From Candidatus Nanohalobium sp. (GTDB lineage: Archaea; Nanohalarchaeota; Nanosalinia; Nanosalinales; Nanosalinaceae): a stretch of DNA of 27,839 nt. The stretch lies in assembly GCA_042217555.1 (NCBI GenBank), contig JBDGSL010000022.1, positions 1 to 27,839 on the forward strand. The letters are read 5' to 3'. Positions 9,272-16,903 of the stretch are shown here, one piece after another. Position 1 is the stretch's first letter, and each line of letters starts with the position of its first letter. Below the pieces are notes generated by a model that was not told where the DNA came from, searched no databases, and saw only the letters and a program-made list of their open reading frames with translations. The translations under genes and the position numbers were made by a program.

Positions 9272-9775
9272 TTACTCGAAGCTGAGTTGGTAGTAGGTGT
9301 CTGTGATTGTCTTGATGATGTCTTCGAGCTCCTCTACGGACATGTTGATCTTTCCTTCGTACTCTTCGTCGACTACTACCTTCTTGTGTTCTCCTTCAGG
9401 TGAGAAGACGGTGTTGACGGATTCTATCTCCGCAGGGCTCAATAGTCCTTTGATTACTTCTCTGTCGCTGTCGCTTTTCTCTACAACTCTGATGCTTTTG
9501 TCGATCTCCTCTGCGACTTTCTTGACAATCTCTCCGCTTCTTCCCACGACCTTGGCTCCGTCTCCCTCTGCTGTTACTATCACTACTACGTTTTCAGTGT
9601 CGTAAATGTTCAGGATTTCACTGTCTCTCAGCGAGCCGTACTCCTCACTGAGTTCCTTGAGTTTTCTTGATATCTTGATTTCAAGCTCGTTTATCTCTCC
9701 TTTTTCTTTTTTCTCCTCGCAGTTGCTGCAGAGGACGTCGCTCTTAAGACATACGTTACATATTGGCGCCTTCAT
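9272..9775 (-). CDS. NusA-like KH-domain protein with N-terminal Zn finger
   Basis: MKAPICNVCLKSDVLCSNC zinc motif, KH GxxG loop (VVGRSGEIVK) and IRVVE. Confidence 0.85.
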   Translation of the reverse strand: MKAPICNVCLKSDVLCSNCEEKKEKGEINELEIKISRKLKELSEEYGSLRDSEILNIYDTENVVVIVTAEGDGAKVVGRSGEIVKKVAEEIDKSIRVVEKSDSDREVIKGLLSPAEIESVNTVFSPEGEHKKVVVDEEYEGKINMSVEELEDIIKTITDTYYQLSFE

Positions 9776-9815
9776 GTATTTACGTCGCGTTGTGAAAAAT
9801 TAAATAGGTGGAGAT

Positions 9816-10322
9816 TTACGGCCTCTGTTTCCTCCATACGTGAAGGATCTGCCGGACTGATTCGGCTAACGCCATCAAAGCCAGCAAACTGTAACCGTAG
9901 AACAACACATAATGGTTGAAGAACGACAGTAGAAGCGTAACGGTCAATACAGTTATTCTCTCAGGACGTCCAAATAGTTCAGAGTACTTGACACTGGTTT
10001 TGTCATGTAGCTCCCATGAAAAAGACTGTCGAAAACCTACAGCGGCCAGTGCCAGCAGTATAGGCCATGAAGTGCTTACAACCAGAGCGCCTGCTGCTAT
10101 ACCTGTAAACTCTATAAGATTGCCGCCGACAGCGTGAAGTATCCTGGCGCCTACAGTTCTACCTCTCAACCTGGCCAGGTGGTCCTGCCTCCGATACAGA
10201 AGATAGGATAGACCTGTCGCTATCCCGAACACCAGCGAGTTGTGTCTGATTGTGCCGTAGGCCAGCCCCAGGGACAGGACTGAAAGCGATACCAGGGCCC
10301 AGTGATAGTATCTGGTTCTCAC
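9816..10322 (-). CDS. Membrane protein, probably a degenerate CDP-alcohol phosphatidyltransferase homologue
   Basis: About 5-6 TM segments, LAR...G spacing and C-terminal FGRPER motif typical of the family, but the catalytic Asp residues are replaced. GTG start with TTAATA about 25 nt upstream. Confidence 0.55.
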   Translation of the reverse strand: MRTRYYHWALVSLSVLSLGLAYGTIRHNSLVFGIATGLSYLLYRRQDHLARLRGRTVGARILHAVGGNLIEFTGIAAGALVVSTSWPILLALAAVGFRQSFSWELHDKTSVKYSELFGRPERITVLTVTLLLSFFNHYVLFYGYSLLALMALAESVRQILHVWRKQRP

Positions 10323-10385
10323 AGAAAACGTTTCTACAGTTAAGTATTAACACTTTTTCCCTTTTTGATTTAGAAAGCAAGAAAA

Positions 10386-10886
10386 GTCCCTTCTGGAGAG
10401 AAAAAAGGTTTTCCGGGCGTTCTACAGGCTTCCAGTAAAGGGACTTTGAGAGGTATTCCCGGGAAAAAAGGGGGGGGGAAGGGGAGTGTTCTGATTTTTT
10501 CTCCGGGAAACCACTTCTGTAGTCCACTGGAAAACCTACTTGCCCGTCCATTCTCTCCAGATGGGACCGTTGAAATATCTGTTTTTAAGGATTTTGGAGG
10601 AGTCCCGGCGGAACACAAAAGGGGGGGAGGGGAGTTTTTTGTCTTCGCCCGGACTCCTCCTAACATGACGACGAAAGCCGGAGACTTTCTGGAGTCGAAG
10701 ACTTCTCAGTCTTCTGTGCCGAGAAACCTGTCAAGGTTTCGGCCCAGGAAAATCTCCGATTTTCGTACTTTTCAGGCCCTTGCAGGACCTCTTTGAAGCC
10801 TAAGGCTTCCATTGGTGGAAAATCCTTTCCGGATTTTCTGTTAAGCAGGAGACCTCCGATCTTCAGTTTTTTCGAAATTTGGAGGC
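10386..10886 (-). ncRNA. Candidate structured RNA or long ftsZ 3' trailer (alternatively a replication-origin-like region)
   Basis: Non-coding and densely palindromic. Two long stems with homologous polypurine/polypyrimidine loops (10386-10567, 10596-10660) are followed by at least 7 short hairpins, one with a GAGA tetraloop on the minus strand. Confidence 0.5.
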
Positions 10887-10894
10887 TTTCTAGT

Positions 10895-11962
10895 TTACTT
10901 CATGACTTCAAGTCCGAGGTCGTTGACGTCTCCTTCTACCTGGGTTTCTTCTGATTCGTCCAGGTCTCCGAGGACGTAAGGGCTCTCGACTCCTGTGATG
11001 ATGGAGATGACCTGCAGTTTGCCCTGAAGTTCTTCCTTCACTCGTGCACCCCAGATTGTCTGTGCCTGGCTGTCAAGCTTTTTCTTGACGTGCTGGCCGA
11101 CCTCGTTGATCTCGTTCAGGGTCAGGTCGTTGCCTCCTGCTACGTGAAGCAGTGCTCCGTTTGCACCGTCGAAGTTGACGTCGAGCAAGGGGTTGGAGAG
11201 TGCTTCGTGGATCGCTTCTTGGCCCTTGTTGTTCGTGTCTGACTCTCCGTATCCTACTACTGCGACTCCTCCATCGTTCATGATGGCCTGTACATCGGCG
11301 TAGTCCAGGTTGACGAGCGAAGGTTTGCTGATTGTCTCCGTGATTCCTTTGATCATCGTGGTGATCAGTTCGTCTGCGACTCCGAACGCCTGGTCGAGTG
11401 GCATGTCGCCTGCGATGTCAAGTAGTTTGTCGTTTTCGATTACGATTGCCGTGTCGACGTGCTGCCTGAGCTGGTAGAGTCCGTCCTCTGCCTTGGACAT
11501 TCTTGCGCCTTCGATCTCGAAAGGCATTGTCACTGTTCCGATTACGATGCAGTCCTCTTTCTTTGCGATCTCGGCCAGTACAGGTGAAACACCTGTGCCT
11601 GTACCTCCTCCGAGTCCTGCCGTCAGGAATACCATGTCGGCGTCCTTGAACAGGTTACGCAGTTCCGCTCTGTTCTCTTCTGCTGCACGTGCACCTTTCT
11701 CCGGTTCTCCACCGGCTCCAAGCCCACGGGTAAGATCTTTACCCACCAGTATCTTCCTGTCGGCCGATGACATCTCTAGGTGCTGCTTGTCGGTGTTGAT
11801 CGCGACTGTTTCAGCTCCCTCCACATCCTTGTTCTGGATACGGGTAACCTGGTTGTTTCCAGCACCTCCAGCACCAACCACCAGGATCTTGGCATCTTTC
11901 ACATCATCAAGGTTTTCCGAGGTTTTGCCGTCGTCTTCTGCGTTGTCAATTATAGATTCCAT
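10895..11962 (-). CDS. ftsZ: Cell division protein FtsZ
   Basis: GAGGAGNN, GLGAGG.PE.G, tubulin signature GGGTGTG, T7 loop VNLDYADV. Confidence 0.99.
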   Translation of the reverse strand: MESIIDNAEDDGKTSENLDDVKDAKILVVGAGGAGNNQVTRIQNKDVEGAETVAINTDKQHLEMSSADRKILVGKDLTRGLGAGGEPEKGARAAEENRAELRNLFKDADMVFLTAGLGGGTGTGVSPVLAEIAKKEDCIVIGTVTMPFEIEGARMSKAEDGLYQLRQHVDTAIVIENDKLLDIAGDMPLDQAFGVADELITTMIKGITETISKPSLVNLDYADVQAIMNDGGVAVVGYGESDTNNKGQEAIHEALSNPLLDVNFDGANGALLHVAGGNDLTLNEINEVGQHVKKKLDSQAQTIWGARVKEELQGKLQVISIITGVESPYVLGDLDESEETQVEGDVNDLGLEVMK

Positions 11963-12032
11963 TGTAGTACCAGCCTGCGATATAGCATAACCTTTTTAAG
12001 TGCAGAGACCTAACTCTACTTATAGAAAGACT

Positions 12033-12205
12033 GAGTCTTGCCCAAGACTCGATACATTCGATACTTGCCTAAATACTGACTCGAACTTTGCCCAAAGTTC
12101 GAACGAATCAAACTGTTTACTCGCAAGTCCCAATCGTTTCAACTCGTGCCCGCGAGTCGAAACACGTATTCAGGTCGTCCCGCCCAAAGGACGAACAAAT
12201 CTTGC
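12033..12205 (-). ncRNA. Candidate sRNA made of five hairpins with (G/A)GGC loops
   Basis: Hairpins at 12033-12050, 12061-12076, 12081-12102, 12136-12163 and 12175-12194 have different stems and the same loop. Several pairs are G-U only on the minus strand. TTTATAAA at about 12230-12237. Confidence 0.5.
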
Positions 12206-12381
12206 TTATACTAACATTCTCAAGACTCCTTTATAAATCTTCTGTCGTTTCCGCTGTTTCACATCTCAACCTGTGGAACCGTTTCTAACAGTTCACAGAT
12301 ACATTTATCGAACTACTTAGAAGCTGGCAACTTCAAGGAAAGGTCCAGGTTCTAAAAACATTTAGCTCCAACATGAATAAC

Positions 12382-12660
12382 ATGGTAGACGCCGAACAAG
12401 TGGAAGAAGTCGCGGAAAACGCAAGGATAAACATAGACAGGGAAGAAGCCGAGAACTTCTCCGAAGAGTTCGAGGAGATACTTGAAAAATTCAACCAACT
12501 CGACCAGATTGACACAGAAGACGTAGAACCGGCCTTCCACCCGGTAGACATAGAACCGGAAACCAGGGAAGACGAAAAAGAGAAGACACTGCAGGAAGAA
12601 GACGTCTTCCGAAACACGGAAAACAGAGAAAACGGCTTCTTTAAAGGCCCAAGCGCATGA
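12382..12660 (+). CDS. gatC: Asp-tRNA(Asn)/Glu-tRNA(Gln) amidotransferase subunit C
   Basis: VAENARINI...ILEKFNQLDQIDTEDVEP...REDE...GFFKGP. Start could be 12373 or 12382. Confidence 0.9.
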   Translation: MVDAEQVEEVAENARINIDREEAENFSEEFEEILEKFNQLDQIDTEDVEPAFHPVDIEPETREDEKEKTLQEEDVFRNTENRENGFFKGPSA

Positions 12661-12672
12661 AGTGAACTCTAA

Positions 12673-13164
12673 ATGAAACTAGGGATAATCTCCGACACCC
12701 ACGACAACTTTGACGTGATCAGTGAAGCAGTAGACTTCTTTGAAACTGAAAACTGTGACAAAGTAATCCACTGCGGTGACATGATCTGTCCTGCTGCAGC
12801 AGAACTCTTCGACGCCGACTTCGATTTCCACGCCGTCAAAGGAAACAATGACGGAGAATGGAAGCTAAAAGAAACAGTTGAACGGTTTGGAAACTGGATG
12901 GGCAACACAGGAGAACTGGAGATAGACGGAGAAAAGATAGCAGTATACCACGGAACAGACGAAGAAATCGCCGACTCACTGACTCGATCAGAGAAATACA
13001 GTTACGTGTTCAGAGGACACACTCACAGAAAAAACGTGAAAGAAAAAGGAAAAACAGTAGAAATAAACCCTGGCGGCGTCAAACTACCTTTCCAGGACGA
13101 AAAAATCCATGTAGTAACACTCAACACAGAAAACCAGGAATTCAAATTTCACGAAATAACATGA
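12673..13164 (+). CDS. YfcE/MJ0936-type calcineurin-like metallophosphoesterase
   Basis: ISDTHDN, HCGD, GNND, YHG, GHTH, INPG motifs. Confidence 0.93.
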   Translation: MKLGIISDTHDNFDVISEAVDFFETENCDKVIHCGDMICPAAAELFDADFDFHAVKGNNDGEWKLKETVERFGNWMGNTGELEIDGEKIAVYHGTDEEIADSLTRSEKYSYVFRGHTHRKNVKEKGKTVEINPGGVKLPFQDEKIHVVTLNTENQEFKFHEIT

Positions 13165-13283
13165 AACTGGAATGCCCGGAATGCGGAGGAAAAATGGCCT
13201 TCAACGGCTACCGCCCACTATTCCCCACATGCACCCGGTGTGGAAAAACACTTCACATAGAAAAATGTCGGAAAAACCAGTAA
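13161..13283 (+). CDS. 40-aa CPxCG-type zinc-ribbon microprotein
   Basis: Below the ORF-track cutoff. MKLECPECGGKMAFNGYRPLFPTCTRCGKTLHIEKCRKNQ*, with two CxxC motifs and ATGA coupling to the upstream stop. Confidence 0.8.
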   Translation: MKLECPECGGKMAFNGYRPLFPTCTRCGKTLHIEKCRKNQ

Positions 13284-13429
13284 AAACTGCTCTAATCTCC
13301 AATCCACTTCTTTAAACTCTTTTCAAACAACCTCAAAAACTCTTCCTACCTGTCTCTACCTCTATTTCATCTTCAAGATTGGAAGAATCTTTTACAGAGA
13401 AAAAAAGAGGCTTTGCACAATAAAGGTAT

Positions 13430-13910
13430 CTATTCTTGTGCAAGAATTTCGTCTGCACAATTTTCGAAATCTGGCTGAATGCCAAGAGTATGTGCTGCCT
13501 TTATCAGGACAAGAATGTTGTGGGCAACACACTTGGTCAATATCTCATTTCTCTGGCTGACTGGTTTCCTATTATTGAGCTTCACACCGAACTTCCGTTT
13601 CAGCATCGCAAAGGCTGACTCTACATTTACTTCTCTGATGGTAATGTCGCTTAAACTCGTCTCGATGATTCTTGAAGTAGTCATACATTTCCGACCAAAT
13701 TCTTGAGCCATCAGCGTTTCCAGTCGTGTTTTCCTTGAACGGTATAAACGGAATCATTCCGTTTTCTTTGGCTGCTTCTAAGTTCGCCCTACTGCTGTAA
13801 GCCTTGTCTGCTGAAACCTCTCGTATCTCAAAATGCTTTGCAGTATTTTCGATCAGTTCTTCGAACTCTGGACTGTCGTGGTTTTTCCCTTTTGTAACCT
13901 CTGCCTGTGA
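13430..13910 (-). pseudogene. DDE transposase (IS5/IS4-like) C-terminal remnant, 5'-truncated and frameshifted
   Basis: ...HDSPEF...VSADKAYSSRANL...PFIPFK...HYHQRS/NVESAFAMLKRKFG...CVAHNI. An extra A near 13627 breaks the Y-R-E-K motif region. Confidence 0.9.
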
Positions 13911-14059
13911 TAATTATTGGTTTCTGTACCTGATGCTATATGAGCCTTCAAGAATTTGTCTGGGAAACAGCCAAAGACAGACTCGAAGACCTCTGGGAAG
14001 ATCACTACATCGAAAGAGAAGACAAAGGAAACAGCATAGAATGGTGGATTGAAGAGTAA

Positions 14060-14911
14060 TTATTTTTCAGCCAGAAAATCAGCGTGGATCCCTTTATCTT
14101 CCTTGAATACAGGATATTGAGACCTCAAGGTTCGAGCCTGTTTAACCGACCATTCATTCCTAAGTCCAAGTTTCTTGGCCGCCTTCATCATAGGAACGCC
14201 TATAAGACCTAAAGCACGCATCTTTTCAGCCGACGGCTTTATTCTATCCCAGTGATCTACCATATCAATTTCGGTAAACCCTGTATCTCTCATCATCTCT
14301 TCAAATTCTTCATAATTTCTTCCTTCTGGTAAAGCCCAGCCTTCCAAAACATCTTCAATCTGCTTTTGGTCCTTTAAGGAATAATCTTGGACTTCAGGAT
14401 TTTCTAAATCATAAGTTTCTCCAGTAAGCCAACCGTCAGATACCAAGATATTTCCTTCATCGTTAAGAACTCGATATGCTTCTTTTAGAAAATCTTCTTT
14501 TGAGTCAGAGTGCGAAACAGTTTCAATAGCAGCTATAGAATCAAAACTTTCTGAGTCGAATGGAAGATTATGGAAGTCTCCCTGTAAAAATTCAGTAGAG
14601 TCTTCAGTTCCTTTATTTCTGCTCATCTTTCTGGCTTTTCTGATGTGTCTATTGTTTAGGTCGAGACCGTAAATCTCTGCATCTGTGTTTTCAGCCAGAA
14701 AGTTCGAAAATCCTCCTTTACCGCATCCGACAACTAGGACTTTATCTTCAGGAGAGATATCTAATCTGTCCTGGTAATGCTGGTTGGAGTTCTCTATTGC
14801 TGTAGAATTGATATAGGAATCAAAACCGTAGTGCATCGTATCGTTACTCCAGAAAAACTCGTAGTCAAAGGCTGTAGAATCATATAAGTCATTAATGTCT
14901 TCAGAATCCAT
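14060..14911 (-). CDS. Class I SAM-dependent methyltransferase, tocopherol/MPBQ/sterol C-methyltransferase-like
   Basis: W...MHYG, VLVVGCGKGG, GDFHNLPFDSESFD, EAYRVLNDEG motifs. Confidence 0.85.
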   Translation of the reverse strand: MDSEDINDLYDSTAFDYEFFWSNDTMHYGFDSYINSTAIENSNQHYQDRLDISPEDKVLVVGCGKGGFSNFLAENTDAEIYGLDLNNRHIRKARKMSRNKGTEDSTEFLQGDFHNLPFDSESFDSIAAIETVSHSDSKEDFLKEAYRVLNDEGNILVSDGWLTGETYDLENPEVQDYSLKDQKQIEDVLEGWALPEGRNYEEFEEMMRDTGFTEIDMVDHWDRIKPSAEKMRALGLIGVPMMKAAKKLGLRNEWSVKQARTLRSQYPVFKEDKGIHADFLAEK

Positions 14912-14963
14912 AGGCTGTTTAGGGATAAATAATAATTTAAAATTGGTTTGTATTTTGCTACTT

Positions 14964-16136
14964 ATGGATGGACACGATATAGTGGTTGTTGGTGCTGGAC
15001 CTGCGGGTCTGCAGTATGCCAGAGAACTTGCCGATGAGTATGATGTGGCTATTTATGAAAAAGATTCTGATATAACTGAAAGGAAGAAGTCTACAGGCGG
15101 AACATTTCCAGAAATGATGGATGAATTTGATATTCCTGAAAGCCTTGCTATGGCGGAAACCGATGAAGTAGTTTTTACATCCCCTAATTCCGAATCAAGA
15201 GTAGATGTAGACGGATATGTATTAGAATACGGAGACTTTCTCGAATACCTCTCTGAAGAAGCTCAAAATCAAGGAGCAGAACTAAATTTAGACTCAAATG
15301 TTACAGGTTACAACACAGATACAAAAGGTGATATAAACTCCATTAATGTAGACGGGAGAGAGGTTAAAGCAGATTTATTTGTTGATGCTTCTGGACCTGA
15401 AGCAGTAATCGCACGAGATTACCTCGGTTTAAATCCAAATGAAGACGATAGATGGATAGGGGTAGAGCAGGAGCTACGAGGAGGAGATTATGATGGACAG
15501 ATGGTGTTCGAGTTTGGTGATGTAGCTCTTGGAGGCTATGCTTGGGCCTTTGATGCAGGAGAAAACACCAAAGTAGGAGTTTGCTGGTCTAAAGAGTTTT
15601 TCAGTAAACAGGGAGGCGAAGGAACACTTCAAGACTACCTGCAAGACTGGATAGCACAACTCGAACTTGAAAATAACAGCGTGGAAGAAGTTCACGCAGG
15701 AAGTGCGTTCTCGTATCCGTTTGATGTAGATAGGTCTGGCGATAGATTCCTTGCAGTAGGGGATACTGTGGCAAGTATTAATCCTCTGCTTTTGGAGGGT
15801 ATAAGACCGGGTATGCAGTCTGCAAGGTACGCCGCAGAGATAACAGATCAAGCTATGGAACAAAGTGACTTATCTGTGAGAAACTTGCAGAGATACGACC
15901 AAAAATGGGACGAAGAAAAAGGCAAGAGCTTTAGAAAACAAAAACTTGCCCAAGAGCTTATCTACCAGCTTGATGAAGAGAGACTGGACCAGACTATTGA
16001 AAATGTAGGCAAACTTGATGATGAATTAGTAGAAGACTTTGTCCACTACGATCTTAACTTGCGAGATATGTGGAAAATTTATCCTTCGCTTAAAGCAAGA
16101 GATTTGGTTAGAGTTGGAAGATTCCTATCTAAATAG
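14964..16136 (+). CDS. Geranylgeranyl reductase-family FAD-dependent oxidoreductase
   Basis: DIVVVGAGPAG Rossmann motif, VDASG, GGYAWAF, VGD...INPL..EGI. The ATG at 14964 avoids the overlap created by the ORF-track start. Confidence 0.85.
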   Translation: MDGHDIVVVGAGPAGLQYARELADEYDVAIYEKDSDITERKKSTGGTFPEMMDEFDIPESLAMAETDEVVFTSPNSESRVDVDGYVLEYGDFLEYLSEEAQNQGAELNLDSNVTGYNTDTKGDINSINVDGREVKADLFVDASGPEAVIARDYLGLNPNEDDRWIGVEQELRGGDYDGQMVFEFGDVALGGYAWAFDAGENTKVGVCWSKEFFSKQGGEGTLQDYLQDWIAQLELENNSVEEVHAGSAFSYPFDVDRSGDRFLAVGDTVASINPLLLEGIRPGMQSARYAAEITDQAMEQSDLSVRNLQRYDQKWDEEKGKSFRKQKLAQELIYQLDEERLDQTIENVGKLDDELVEDFVHYDLNLRDMWKIYPSLKARDLVRVGRFLSK

Positions 16137-16140
16137 GCGA

Positions 16141-16419
16141 TTAGAAATCTTCAAGGTTTCTTTCTCCTAAATCTTCTTTTCTGTCCAGAAACTTATCCTT
16201 CAGTGATTGGCTTAATGCTCCGAATAGCTGTGTAAAGTGGCTTTCTCCTGCTTGTTCTGCATCCTTCTTGAAACGGTCGAAGCTGGCAGCCAATTTCAAA
16301 GCCGATTATTTGTCGGCAGAATCGAGCCTTTCAGCCGCCTTCTCCAAGAAAAATGTTTCAATTTCTGCCTTTCTGTCTCGGTCTTCGGTTTCCAGTAGTT
16401 CCTCGAACTTGTCCTGCAT
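16141..16419 (-). pseudogene. ~92-codon acidic helical protein with internal TAA (16306-16308)
   Basis: MQDKFEELLETEDRDRK...DSADK*SALKLAASF...GERNLEDF*. The frame is protein-like on both sides of the stop, and the C-terminus resembles a PIP box. Confidence 0.55.
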
Positions 16420-16513
16420 ATCTCTGAATTATTGTGCAAACCTTGTTATTTTTGTGCGATTTTTGTGCAGAAAGGGAGGGTTTGTGCAAGCCAAAAAAAG
16501 AGAAAGGTTTTTT

Positions 16514-16855
16514 TGGGGGTGGTAGGATTTGAACCCACAACCTACCGCTTTCTCCGGGAACTTCTGAAAGTTCCATCATCAGAAGCCATGACAAGCATGG
16601 CTTACAGGGATGTAATCATCGGAACACGAAGATCCGAAAGATCTTCTCGAACTGACACGCAGAAGCGAGCCAGTGTTCCTCATCCCTCCAGTTCGCGTAA
16701 CAGGGTAAGAGATGGTTCCTGAGAACCATCAGGTACTGTCGACCTGCTCCAAACCACGTTGCGGTTTGTGTGAATCCAGAAAATCCTTCTCAGGATTTTC
16801 GTCTGCTACGGTAGTCGCTGGAGGCGGTCGCTCTCCCAGGTTGAGCTACACCCCC
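16514..16855 (-). tRNA. tRNA-Trp(CCA) with a 268-nt intron at 37/38 (intron 16550-16817)
   Basis: Acceptor GGGGGTG/CACCCCC+A, anticodon stem ACCGC/GCGGT with loop CT-CCA-G|A, T arm GTGGG-TTCAAAT-CCTAC. BHB-like junction with a CTCC/GGAG central helix. CCA not encoded. Confidence 0.95.
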
Positions 16856-16903
16856 TCTCTCTTTCTTTTTTTCTTCCTGTGTTTGTGGAGTTGTTGGCTA
16901 GTT

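Larger units (their letters stand above)
13409..16492. mobile_element. Defective IS5-like DDE element carrying cargo genes, inserted 3' of tRNA-Trp
   Basis: Imperfect TIRs GGCTTTGCACAA (13409-13420) and TTGTGCAAGCC (16482-16492), flanked by a 9-bp direct repeat AAAAAAAGA (13400-13408 and 16493-16501). Additional TGTGC(A) subterminal repeats, an internal transposase remnant, and visibly more AT-rich cargo. Confidence 0.8.

Noticed and set aside
10370..10796. ORFs 10370-10666 and 10446-10796; RNase P or SRP RNA identity for this region
   Set aside because: The translations are low-complexity products of G/C tracts and are not acidic. The RNase P GAGGAAAGUCC/P4 partner and the SRP helix 8 motif are not present in the right order.
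16550..16817. Hammerhead ribozyme in the tRNA-Trp intron (CTGATGA and GACGAAA both occur)
   Set aside because: Stems I and II cannot be formed around these core pieces, even in the circularised intron.
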